Assembly: GCA_040771865.1 (NCBI GenBank)
Contig: JAXGZF010000006.1
Span: forward strand, 248,001 to 312,000
Length of the DNA: 64,000 nucleotides
Direction: 5' to 3'
Source of the DNA: Desulfobacterales bacterium
Lineage (GTDB): Bacteria > Desulfobacterota > Desulfobacteria > Desulfobacterales > UBA2245
Below are positions 44,061 through 53,730 of the stretch, in pieces. Position 1 is the stretch's first letter, and every line of letters starts with the position of its first letter. Both the position numbers and the translations under genes were made by a program. Under the pieces are notes generated by a model. The model ran no database searches and had not been told where the DNA came from. It saw only the letters and a list, made by a program, of their open reading frames with translations.

Positions 44061-44690
44061 ATGTTTGTAAAACAAATGCAGGTCGGTCCTATGGCGGTAT
44101 TTGCTTATATTATCGGCGATCTGGAAAGCCGCGAAGGCCTGGTCATTGATCCCGCGGCAAATGTTGGCGGGATCATCGCTGAAGCATGCGCAAACAAGAT
44201 CAATATCCAATACATCGTGAACACCCATGGCCATGTGGATCACATGACAGGGAACGCTGAAATGAAAACCAGAACGGGGGCGCAGCTTGTTGTCCACAGG
44301 GATGATGCGGAACTCGTTATGTTCACACCGCTGCCTCTCTATAGGATGCATGGAGCTGAAAAGTCTCCCTATCCCGACATCATAGTACAGGACGGCGATG
44401 TCATCACGGTGGGAAATGTTTCCCTGAAGGTTATTCATACACCGGGGCATACTCTCGGTGGAATCTCTCTTTATGCAGAAGGCTATGTTTTTACTGGCGA
44501 TACCCTGTTTGTGGAGGCCGTCGGGAGAACTGATCTACCCGGAGGCTCGCGGCGGATGCTGATCCATTCGATAAAGGAAAAGCTCTTCGCCCTGCCGGAC
44601 GATACGATCGTGATGCCGGGGCACAATTACGGGAAACGGCCATCGTCGACCATAGGTCGCGAGAAAAAATTTAATCCATACCTGAAATAG
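44061..44690 (+). CDS. MBL-fold hydrolase (glyoxalase II/YcbL-like)
   Basis: THGHVDH, HTPGH, GDTLF, PGH; GGAGG RBS. Confidence 0.9.
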   Translation: MFVKQMQVGPMAVFAYIIGDLESREGLVIDPAANVGGIIAEACANKINIQYIVNTHGHVDHMTGNAEMKTRTGAQLVVHRDDAELVMFTPLPLYRMHGAEKSPYPDIIVQDGDVITVGNVSLKVIHTPGHTLGGISLYAEGYVFTGDTLFVEAVGRTDLPGGSRRMLIHSIKEKLFALPDDTIVMPGHNYGKRPSSTIGREKKFNPYLK

Positions 44691-44731
44691 AGTGTAATCA
44701 GAATATACCGCAACAGCTTGTCGGATAACCG

Positions 44732-45631
44732 CTACTCGAGGGGGATAACGTCCAGTCGTCCGCTTTCCCCATCCAGGTAACAAAGCTGATCAGCGTATGC
44801 GGAGTTTCTTCCCGAAAGAAGACGGATTGCTTCAAAAGCCGCAAGACCTCCGATAACCGCAGGAGCCGGCCCGAGAACGCCCATCAACTCATCCGGCTGC
44901 TGATCGTGTTCTTCCTCACTACCGTAAATGCTGTGCATATCCAGAAAGGACTCCGGGAGAAAGGTGCTGACTTGCCCCCACCATCCGGTTGCTGCGGCAT
45001 GGATGAAAGGTGCCTTCATGCGTCTGGCCGTGTCCGCTAGAAGAAAATGGCCGGCAAGATCATCCAGGGCGTCAATTACAAGATCCATTTCCTTGACAAA
45101 AGATTCGGCATTATTCTCGTCCATGAGAGCGGAAAACACCTCAACCTCTGTCAACGGGTTGATTGACCGGACGCGCCCACCGGCGACCTCTGCCTTGGGA
45201 CATGAGAGCGCCTGTGTATCGCACAACCACTGGCGGTTGAGATTGGAGGGAATGAAAACGCCTCCATCCACTAAACGCAGCGTACCCACTCCCGCACGCG
45301 CCAGAAGGTTGATGAGCACCCCGCCAAGTCCTCCGCAACCGCAGACAAGGACCCGACTCTCGCAGACCCGTCTCTGTTCGCCAAGAGTGAGGGAATGAAA
45401 GTTTTTGGCATAGCGAAGAGGAATGATTCTGCTTTGGATCGCCTCAATCTGGGCTTCTCGAGGCGAAATCCGGTTGCTTTGAGCCCATTCGAGCAGCGCA
45501 TCATCTTCTATCACGAGTTGCGAGTCTCCCAGGCAGTCTGTCGTGTAGGCCCGGTCCTCCAAGCAGACCATGGCGACAGGTTCTTGTCGATCCAGATCGC
45601 CATTCCCTTTTCCCTGTACAGTATTATCCAT
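44732..45631 (-). CDS. HesA/MoeB/ThiF-family adenylyltransferase
   Basis: GCGGLG, SNLNRQ, DALD. Confidence 0.88.
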   Translation of the reverse strand: MDNTVQGKGNGDLDRQEPVAMVCLEDRAYTTDCLGDSQLVIEDDALLEWAQSNRISPREAQIEAIQSRIIPLRYAKNFHSLTLGEQRRVCESRVLVCGCGGLGGVLINLLARAGVGTLRLVDGGVFIPSNLNRQWLCDTQALSCPKAEVAGGRVRSINPLTEVEVFSALMDENNAESFVKEMDLVIDALDDLAGHFLLADTARRMKAPFIHAAATGWWGQVSTFLPESFLDMHSIYGSEEEHDQQPDELMGVLGPAPAVIGGLAAFEAIRLLSGRNSAYADQLCYLDGESGRLDVIPLE

Positions 45632-45874
45632 TAGCACCTCTATATTTGATCAGAATTAGCGCATGTGGAAAAAATATACGAATGAAGGCCCTGCGTGTCA
45701 ATTAATTAATGGCCGTGATTTTTCATATATGCTCAACGACTTTTTAGCCTCATGGTATTTTGAAATCACCGCTTTACCTATACTTCCTCAATCGGAAAGT
45801 TCAGTAGAACATTATGACCCATTCAGTCTGTTGATTCGTGCTGGTGACCGATTGATATTTTGGCCCAACTTTTA

Positions 45875-45913
45875 AAGAAGGGTTCAGATGACGTTGCAGG
45901 CAAATGAGAAATT
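45875..45913 (+). repeat. 39-bp direct repeat, copy 2
   Basis: AAGAAGGGTTCAGATGACGTTGCAGGCAAATGAGAAATT. Confidence 0.85.
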
Positions 45914-45972
45914 TTTTGAATATCAGCAGGCCGAACAAAAAAGGGGGGATAAAAATGCATTCATTGATTAAG

Positions 45973-46000
45973 ACCCCCGCGCAAAGTTTTGTACGGGGGT
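45973..46000 (-). terminator. Stem-loop after satP
   Basis: ACCCCCG...CGGGGGT. Confidence 0.55.
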
Positions 46001-46008
46001 TTGTATAT

Positions 46009-46566
46009 TTACTTCATCCAGGGTTTGCCGACGGGAAGGTTGATTCCGAGATCGGCAAAAATCACATGCGCCATAATGTACCAGGCGCTTGCCGCGCAGA
46101 TGATCAGATCGATGGCCGCGATCTTGGTCATCGCCGGATAGCCGAAATGGGCCAGATCCAGGCCGATGAAGCCCAGCAGAAGCGTCAGAAAGGTAAATGC
46201 CAGCATGCCGTTGGTTCTCATCGAGCCGACAAACATGATGGCCGTGTAGATGGTCCACACAATGAGAAAACAACCCACTTCTACGGCGCCGGATTTGTAA
46301 ATGCCATAGTGGTTCAAAAGAAAAATAACGGCCAGGCAGATCCAGAACGCGCCGTAAGAAGTAAAGGCGCTGTATCCGAAATTATTTCCTGTTTTCTGTT
46401 CCTGCAGGCCCGCGATCATTTGGGCAAGTCCGCCGTAAAAAAGTCCGCAGGCCACAACCGGGCCGACACCGCACCAGCCCAGATTATGAAACTGCAAAAT
46501 CATGGTGGTTAACGCAAACCCGCCCAGGCCGACTGCCGCCGGGTTACCCAGTTTTACTTCTGCCAT
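46009..46566 (-). CDS. satP: Acetate uptake transporter (GPR1/FUN34/YaaH)
   Basis: NPAAVGLGGF, YGGLAQ, AFTSYGAFW. Confidence 0.93.
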   Translation of the reverse strand: MAEVKLGNPAAVGLGGFALTTMILQFHNLGWCGVGPVVACGLFYGGLAQMIAGLQEQKTGNNFGYSAFTSYGAFWICLAVIFLLNHYGIYKSGAVEVGCFLIVWTIYTAIMFVGSMRTNGMLAFTFLTLLLGFIGLDLAHFGYPAMTKIAAIDLIICAASAWYIMAHVIFADLGINLPVGKPWMK

Positions 46567-47056
46567 TTCATCCTCCTCGAATTTTAATGTTTAATATGTC
46601 TCTCCCCAAGAGAGCTTGTTTGGATATTCGATCGAACAAAAGCACCAGCATAAATATAACATTATGAAAATAAACAAAAAAAGTAATAAAAAATTGTTTA
46701 TATAATGAACGTTGTTCAGACTAAATAAAACATTTATGTTTGTCAAGGGCAATGTTGTGCATGGGGTATGATCTGGAAAGAATTTCCTGGTAATAAGGTC
46801 AACAACCTTATTTCCGGAATGGCCGCTCTTCATAAAGCGCTTCGGAAATTCTTGCAGGAGTTTTTGTATCCGGTGGATCTCTTACGTTGCGATTTGAAAC
46901 GGTTGCGGAATTATGTTCCGCAATCAGGGATGGTGAATTTTCAGGATTGATTGAATAGGCTCGATTCACTGGGTTGATCGTTGCCGAAGCGTGAGGCGTT
47001 GTTCGCAAAAACCCGATTCTGAGAAAGAGAAGACCGGCCGGTGCGAGCCGGTTTCT

Positions 47057-47199
47057 CAGGCAGTTGAAAAACTGTGTCTGAGGCCGCCATTCCGCGTTGC
47101 GCGGCTCTCGCCAATGCTCATATATGCTTGAATATGCTGCGCTTGTTGTATCGCCGCGCGCCTTATCTGACGGCCTAATTCTTGTTTTTCAACACCCTG
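47057..47199. mobile_element. 143-bp MITE, copy 2 (more diverged)
   Basis: CAGGCAGTTGAAAAAC...GTTTTTCAACACCCTG; abuts the ahbA stop codon. Confidence 0.9.
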
Positions 47200-47655
47200 T
47201 TATAAATCGAACTGGGCCCGTATTTTAAAGATCCGGGTGGCTGGCAGATTGAGGATTTTTTCGACTCCGGTTTCCCGGGAGATGGCGGCAAGGCTGGATT
47301 CGATCTCCTCCATCGAAGGCGCGATAAAGGTGAACCACACGTTGAAGTTTCCCTGGCGGACGTAATTGTGGGTCACGCCGGCATACCGATTGACGCATCG
47401 GGCGAATGCGTCGATGCCGTCTTCCGGCACTTCGGCGGCGCACAGGGTGCTGACAAAACCGAGCCTGGCAGGCGCAAGATTTGCCCCGATACGCCGAATG
47501 ATGCCATCCTGTTTCAGCCGTGTCACCCGTTCGAGAACCTCTTTTTCGCTGAGGCCCAGCTCTGTTGCCAATGCAAGATAGGGCCTGGATTCCATCGGAA
47601 AGTCCGACTGAATTCGGTTGAGTATTTTTTTATCTGCATCGTTCAACCGGGACAT
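47200..47655 (-). CDS. ahbA: Siroheme decarboxylase alpha subunit (Lrp/AsnC-like)
   Basis: IQSDFP..RPY, IIRRIG, STLCAA, GVTHNY.R, NVWFT. Confidence 0.88.
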   Translation of the reverse strand: MSRLNDADKKILNRIQSDFPMESRPYLALATELGLSEKEVLERVTRLKQDGIIRRIGANLAPARLGFVSTLCAAEVPEDGIDAFARCVNRYAGVTHNYVRQGNFNVWFTFIAPSMEEIESSLAAISRETGVEKILNLPATRIFKIRAQFDL

Positions 47656-47658
47656 GGT

Positions 47659-48063
47659 TCACTCCTTGAAGTCGGTCTGAAGAAAACGCATGTTGACCTT
47701 GCGGGTTCTCGGTCCGTCGAATTCGCAAAAAAATATGCCCTGCCAGGTTCCGAAGCACAGTTCGCCCTGTTCGACCGCGACCAGCACGGATGAACCGATC
47801 ATCGAGGCCTTGATGTGCGCCGGAGAGTTGCCCTCCATATGCTGGTAGGGCTCCTGAAGCGGAACCATCCGGTTCAAGGCCGTCACAATATCCAGAGCAA
47901 CGCAGGGGTCCGCGCTTTCATTGATGGTGATCGCCGCGGTCGTATGGGGAACGTAAAGAAAGCACAGGCCCGATACAAAGCCCGATGACTTTATCCATTT
48001 CCGCACTTGGCCGGTGATGTCGACCAGTTCGGTTTGAGATCGGGTTCTGACGGATAGAATCAT
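47659..48063 (-). CDS. YjbQ/UPF0047 protein
   Basis: PHTTAAITINE.AD, H.EGNSPAHIK, GTWQGI. Confidence 0.92.
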   Translation of the reverse strand: MILSVRTRSQTELVDITGQVRKWIKSSGFVSGLCFLYVPHTTAAITINESADPCVALDIVTALNRMVPLQEPYQHMEGNSPAHIKASMIGSSVLVAVEQGELCFGTWQGIFFCEFDGPRTRKVNMRFLQTDFKE

Positions 48064-48105
48064 AAAGGCATCCTCTTTTCGGTGGTTTTGATCGGCGGAA
48101 AGTGA

Positions 48106-48426
48106 TTATATGCAGCATCCGGTGGGCCTGGGAAGACCCGCCATTTTGCAGGCGCCCTTGCTGGGTCCTGTGGGAAAAAGCTCGTACAGATAATTCTGCG
48201 TAAAGCCGGTGACCTTGCACAGAATCCGGACCATGGGCGCAATGCCGTTTTTCTGGTAATAGTCCTGAATGACATGAATGACCTTCCAGTGATCGTCGGT
48301 CAGTGCTTCGATGCCCTCTTCCTTCTGAACCCATTGAACCCATTCAGGGCACCAGGATTCGAAGTGATCGAGAAATCCGTCTTCGCTGACCGTAAACTTC
48401 TTTCCCTGAAACTCGACTTCCGGCAT
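48106..48426 (-). CDS. dsrC: DsrC/TusE-family sulfur relay protein
   Basis: EDGFL, LTDDHW, YYQKNGIAPMVR, LFP.GP.KGACKMAGLP.PTGC. Confidence 0.9.
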   Translation of the reverse strand: MPEVEFQGKKFTVSEDGFLDHFESWCPEWVQWVQKEEGIEALTDDHWKVIHVIQDYYQKNGIAPMVRILCKVTGFTQNYLYELFPTGPSKGACKMAGLPRPTGCCI

Positions 48427-48666
48427 AGGTTCCTCCTTGTTTTGCTGCAAAAATATTAGATGTCTGACGCCCTGTCAACTCGAAAGCGTTTGCGAACTGA
48501 ATGACCCGCGATTTGATCTGAAACATATGTTATCACGAAAAGAAAAACAATTGAACGCAATCCGATAACGGGATATGGAATCCAATGAAAAAACATAATG
48601 TTCCGCAACCGTCTGAAATGATACTTTGGAAAGTAATGCTGAACCGATTCAACAGGTTGAAAATCC

Positions 48667-49629
48667 ATGCCGGCTGATTCCGCTTCGGATCAATCCAGGC
48701 ACAGGATTGTCGTCATCACCGGTCCCACGGCGGTGGGAAAGACCGATGCGGCCATTGAGCTGGCCCTGCGTTTCAACGGCGAGATTATCAGCGCGGATTC
48801 CATGCAGATCTACCGCCACATGGACATCGGTACGGCCAAACCCGATGCGGTTCAGCGATCCCGGGTCGTGCATCACATGATTGATATTGCGGATCCGGAT
48901 GCGCTGTTCGACGCCCAGCAGTTTTCGAGCCTGGCCCGAAAATTCATTGCAGATATTTGCGAACGCCGAAAGCTTCCGTTTGTGGTTGGAGGCACCGGCC
49001 TGTATATCAAGGCTCTGCTTCAAGGATTGTTTGAAGCGCTTCCGCGCGATTCCAACATCCGATCCCGCCTGAAGGCCGACGCGATGCGGATCGGTCCTTC
49101 AGGATTGCACGAAAGATTGAAATCTGTCGATCCCGATGCTGCTCAAAAAATTCATTCGAACGATGCATCCCGCATTATTCGAGCTCTTGAGATTTTTGAA
49201 CTCACCGGAAAGCCGATTTCCCGTCATCACCAGGAGCATCACTTCGGAAATTCGTTTTACCGGGCGTTGAAAATCGGCCTTAAGATGGATCGGGATTTGC
49301 TTTACCGGCGCATCGATGAGCGGGTGGACGCCATGGCGGCCGCAGGACTGCTCGAAGAGGCTCGAAGGCTGTTTGAAAAGGGGTACTCACCCGATTTGAA
49401 TTCCATGCAGTCGATCGGCTATCGGCACATGGCCGATTTTATTCAGGGGAAAATGGATTGGAAGCAGACCCTGGTTCTGCTCAAACGCGACACGCGGCGA
49501 TTCGCCAAGCGGCAGATGACCTGGTTCGGCGCGGACAGGGAAATCCGCTGGCTCGAAGCGGATCAATGGCCCAAAGCCGTTGAGTGGATCGAGTCGTTTC
49601 TGGCCGAAGATTTCTGTTCCGGATCATGA
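48667..49629 (+). CDS. miaA: tRNA dimethylallyltransferase
   Basis: GPTAVGKT, DSMQIY, DIGTAKP, VGGTGLY, AKRQMTW. Confidence 0.97.
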   Translation: MPADSASDQSRHRIVVITGPTAVGKTDAAIELALRFNGEIISADSMQIYRHMDIGTAKPDAVQRSRVVHHMIDIADPDALFDAQQFSSLARKFIADICERRKLPFVVGGTGLYIKALLQGLFEALPRDSNIRSRLKADAMRIGPSGLHERLKSVDPDAAQKIHSNDASRIIRALEIFELTGKPISRHHQEHHFGNSFYRALKIGLKMDRDLLYRRIDERVDAMAAAGLLEEARRLFEKGYSPDLNSMQSIGYRHMADFIQGKMDWKQTLVLLKRDTRRFAKRQMTWFGADREIRWLEADQWPKAVEWIESFLAEDFCSGS

Positions 49630-49635
49630 TCGCCT

Positions 49636-50934
49636 TTACCGCAACTTCTGCCTTTCAGCATTCTCCTTTGCGGTTTCTTCCGGTCCGACCAGCGCATCCG
49701 CCACCATGGAAGACAGCAATCGAATCTCGACTCCCATCTTATAATGGTTATTGAGATCGCTGAGCTGGGTATGGCAGTTTTCACAGGCGGTGACAACGGT
49801 TTTGGCGCCGGTGGCCAGAATCTGATCGACTTTGACCCTGGCGGATTTCATTCGAAACTCCAGGGTGTCCTCGCCCATGGCGACCAGGCCTCCGCCTCCG
49901 CCGCAGCACCAGTTGTATGCAGGATCCGGGGACATCTCCCGGAAGTCCCGGACAAGATGACGCAGAATCTCCCGAGGCTCGTCTATGATGCCCCCGTTTC
50001 GGGCGATCTGGCAGGGATCATGGTAGGTGATCGGTCCATTGCATCTGGACCGGTCCACGCGGATCAGCCCTTCTCGAAGGTATCGGGCCATCTCCTGAAC
50101 GATCGAAACCACCTCGAAGGGCTGCTTTCCGGAAAGCTGTTTCATCACCCGAAAGGCGGTGCCGCATTCGCAGGCAACGACTTTTTTCACCTTCAGACGT
50201 CCGGCCTCGTCGATGATGCGCTCCAGAATGAGCCGGGTCCGGACGGGATCTCCGACAAAGGCGCCAAAGTTGACCGCCTCAAAAAAACTCAGGGACCAGT
50301 TCCGTCCAGCGGCATTGAAAATCGCGGCAGCCGTAATGATCGAACGGGTGCCGGACAGGGGAACATAAAGAATGTCTGCCCCCTGAACATCCAAGGGAAT
50401 GGGAGTTTGCCCCGCCGGAGACTTCCATTTTTCAACAACCCGGTTCTCCAGGTTTTTAATGCCGGTTAGAAAATCCTCCTTGAAAAGCGCCAGGGATCTG
50501 CCTTTTTCGATCAGGGTGTCGGCAAGCAGGGACAGCATCTCAGGCTCTTTCCGGGCGCCGACGAGCAGCAGCTTGGCCATGGACATCAGCATTTCCGTGT
50601 CGATTCCATGCGGGCAGTAGACCATGCATCTTCTGCAGCCAGTGCATGAAAAGGCCGCCTCATAAAGTTCCTGCAGCGCTTCTTCATTGAGTTCTTTTGC
50701 TTCGCTGAGCTGCGGGAAAAACCTCCCTTGAACCTTGAAGTATTTCCGGTATATTTTTCGAACAATTTCCGCCCGGTACGCGGCGATGTATCTGAGTTGA
50801 GGCAAGGATGCATGAACATGGCAGGCCTGAACACACAGGCCGCAACGCGAACAGGTTTCCAGGTAAAGCCTCATTGTCTGGCTGAGGTTTTCTCGAAACA
50901 GTTTCAACAAATCATTCCGGATTTTCTGATCCAT
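49636..50934 (-). CDS. Fe-S/CCG-domain oxidoreductase (DsrK/TmcB/HdrD-like)
   Basis: Two CxxCxxCxxxC motifs, ECG, HDPC, CCGGGGG, CENC. Confidence 0.9.
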   Translation of the reverse strand: MDQKIRNDLLKLFRENLSQTMRLYLETCSRCGLCVQACHVHASLPQLRYIAAYRAEIVRKIYRKYFKVQGRFFPQLSEAKELNEEALQELYEAAFSCTGCRRCMVYCPHGIDTEMLMSMAKLLLVGARKEPEMLSLLADTLIEKGRSLALFKEDFLTGIKNLENRVVEKWKSPAGQTPIPLDVQGADILYVPLSGTRSIITAAAIFNAAGRNWSLSFFEAVNFGAFVGDPVRTRLILERIIDEAGRLKVKKVVACECGTAFRVMKQLSGKQPFEVVSIVQEMARYLREGLIRVDRSRCNGPITYHDPCQIARNGGIIDEPREILRHLVRDFREMSPDPAYNWCCGGGGGLVAMGEDTLEFRMKSARVKVDQILATGAKTVVTACENCHTQLSDLNNHYKMGVEIRLLSSMVADALVGPEETAKENAERQKLR

Positions 50935-50936
50935 GC

Positions 50937-51647
50937 CTATCCTCTTCGAAGTTTATTCAACGTCACCGTTGTAAAGGCATGCATCAGCCTGCTGAAAGGG
51001 AATATCATCAACAAAAGGTTTGCAAAAAAAACATGCAGAACCAGCATGAATGCGTGGCCCGAGTTCAGTACGGCAAAGTTCAGTTCGGGTTTTAAATAAA
51101 GCAGGCTGAGAAGATAAGCGCGGTAATTCTCTACCAGCAGGGCGTCGTATCCGTACCACTGCCTGGCCCAATGCATCTGGCTTCCGAAAAGCGCTGTCAG
51201 AAAGATCAGAATCAGCAGAAAATAATCTCCGGGCGTTGACAGTTCGCGGACTGGAGAGAAAAAACGTCTTCCCAGCAAAAACAGCAGGGACAGGCAGATA
51301 ATCAGGCCGACGAAACCTTTGCCCAGAAAGATTTCGTGCGGAATGATCTGAAAGATTCCGAATTCCCTGAAAAGCTCGATGTGGCCGATCACGATCAGGA
51401 AAAAACAGATATGAAAGAGCATTAAAAAAATCCATAAGATCGGATTGTGCTTTCGAATTGTCGGAAACAGGAAGGCATCATAAATGGCCCAGAGCCGACC
51501 GGAATGCTTTTCGGAAAAAACCTGAAGCGCGGCCGTATACTTCGGGGTTCTGTAGAGGGTGAACAGCCGCAGGCCGGTTCCGATGAAAAAGACCGCGAAG
51601 GCCAGGTAGGTCATGGGAACAAGAATCATGTAATAGAGTGTTTGCAC
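50937..51647 (-). CDS. NarI-like cytochrome b membrane subunit (DsrM/TmcC/HdrE-like)
   Basis: About 5 TM helices; His ligands FH..GH and LH..PFSRLMH. Confidence 0.85.
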   Translation of the reverse strand: MQTLYYMILVPMTYLAFAVFFIGTGLRLFTLYRTPKYTAALQVFSEKHSGRLWAIYDAFLFPTIRKHNPILWIFLMLFHICFFLIVIGHIELFREFGIFQIIPHEIFLGKGFVGLIICLSLLFLLGRRFFSPVRELSTPGDYFLLILIFLTALFGSQMHWARQWYGYDALLVENYRAYLLSLLYLKPELNFAVLNSGHAFMLVLHVFFANLLLMIFPFSRLMHAFTTVTLNKLRRG

Positions 51648-51706
51648 GTTTTGGATCCGTTGATTTGATAGCGATGCGCTTCACGGGCGAGAGGCGGTGC
51701 GGGCAT

Positions 51707-51949
51707 TTATTTTACGCGCCGTATGTAAAATTTAAAAACCTTGTCGCCCTTTTCGGTTTTCAGAATTTCATTTCCCGTGGTTCTGGCCCAGGCCGGAAAG
51801 TCCGTCAATGAGCCCGGATCCGTGGTATGGGCCTCGATTACCTGGCCGATTTGGACCTCCTTGATTCCCCTGCTGATTTTAACCACCGGCATGGGGCAGG
51901 GCAGGTTTTTGAGATCAAATACCTTGTCAACTTTGATTTCGTCGTTCAC
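51707..51949 (-). CDS. tusA: TusA-family sulfurtransferase
   Basis: LPCPMP, TDPGSLTDFPAW; GTG start after AAGGAG. Confidence 0.92.
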   Translation of the reverse strand: MNDEIKVDKVFDLKNLPCPMPVVKISRGIKEVQIGQVIEAHTTDPGSLTDFPAWARTTGNEILKTEKGDKVFKFYIRRVK

Positions 51950-52094
51950 CGTATTTCTCCTTATATATAACATTTGCGGTATCGACTTTATGTTGCGGAC
52001 ATGCCGTGTTGTCAATCTTAATTGATGGCCTCTCAACAAGTTTATGCGAAACGGGCTGAATTCTTCGAGTTTGCGGAACCGGAAAGATTTCATG

Positions 52095-53322
52095 TCAGAC
52101 CGGCGGCGTCCGGCTGGATTTCAACAGGAACGTCAGTAGGGAACCAGAGCCGATCAGAACGCCGGTCAGAACGACCGCTGCGGAGAAATGGCCGGCGTCG
52201 GCCATCATGCCCATGCCCGCAGGGATCGCTCCTCCGCCGATCAGAAATGCGCCAGGGATGGACAGGGAGATCGCGATATTTCGAAACCGCGGAGGGCCGA
52301 TCATCGAAAGGGCCGCAAAGCCTGCCGGGAAAAAACATACGGCCAGCATGGGCTGAAGAAAAACCGCCGCGATCATCCAGGTTCCGGATGTCATGCCGAT
52401 CAGAACGGTCAGCGCTCCGGTGATCAGCAGGATGCCGCCCATGGTCTGTCTGGCGGAGAAACGATCCGCGGCCCATCCGCCCAGAAACACCATGCCGATG
52501 GTTGATATCCGGGAAAGCGTCAGCAGGCTGTTGGCCCATGGCCGGCTGATGCCGTGCTCCGTGACCAGATAAAGGGGAAGCATGGTGTACAATCCCAGAG
52601 TGCTGCAGATGCCAAGGCTGAAAAGAGCCGTTATCAGCCAGAAAGAGGGCTTGGCGAAAAGACATTGAAACGACTTGATATCCGGCCTCTGTCCGGAAAA
52701 TTGTCCGCCTCTGCCCCAGCGGGCAAAGCACAGCCCCAGAACAATGGCGCAGGCGGCCACGAGCTTCATCACGCCCCGCCAGGAAAAAAATTCAAGCAGG
52801 ATTTCAGCGCCCAGCGGCGCCGCCACAAAAGCCAGATTGGGCGCGAGCTCATGCACGGCGATGGCTTTTCCCCAGTTGCGTGAGTCAATCCGGTCGGTCA
52901 GGGTGGCGATGGCCGAGGGAAGATAAAGGCCTGCCGCCGCCCCCATGATCAGCATGCCCGCCCGGAATCCGTTCAGATTGCCGGACATCGCGGTTCCCAG
53001 AACCGCAACTCCCAGCACGACGGACGAAAGCACAATGGCTGTTTTGTGGAAAATGCGCGACGCGATGAATCCGGAGCTGATCAGCGATACGAAATACCCG
53101 GCGGAAAGAATCAGAAAGATCGATCCTGCCTGGGCATGGGTGATGCCGAGTTCGGTTTCGATCATGGGCATCAGAGGGGCGGGAACGATTCGGGCGATGA
53201 AATTGAAGAAAAAAATTCCCGTCAGCACCAGCAGAAGCCAGAGGTGAGTTCCGGGAGAAGATTCCGGTTCCTGAAGGAACGCGGTTTTTGTTCCTTGCCG
53301 TCCATGGGCGTTGATTGATCCA
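52095..53322 (-). CDS. MFS transporter (start appears frameshifted)
   Basis: About 12 TM helices, GWAADRF; the RBS-linked ATGs lie in a different frame from the MFS body. Confidence 0.8.
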
Positions 53323-53587
53323 TATGCAGTTTCATCTCCTGGAGAACGGATTGTCGAATATCTTGCCTTAGCATAAATTCAGGAGAACTGAAATTTGAAA
53401 AGGGCATTTTATTTTTCAAAATGCATGGCGAAGCGTCGACGGACAGCTACTTTGAAAAACGGAATGTTGTCCTTTGATTTTGATGTGTTGCGAGCCGGAG
53501 CCTTTCCGGGTTTGCGATCGCCTGCGCGATAAATTCGCTTGAGGTGATTCGCCGATCATTTTGAGAATACGGCCGCAGGATTCTTAA

Positions 53588-53730
53588 CAGGCTGTTGAAA
53601 AACCGCGCCTGAAACCGCCATTCAGCGTTGCGCGGCTCTCGCCAATGCTCACATATGCTTGAATATGCTGCGCTTGTCGCATCGCCGCGCGCCTTGCCTG
53701 ACGGCCTGATTCTTGTTTTTCAACACCCTG
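53588..53730. mobile_element. 143-bp MITE, copy 3
   Basis: Same terminal inverted repeats; TTAA on both sides. Confidence 0.9.
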
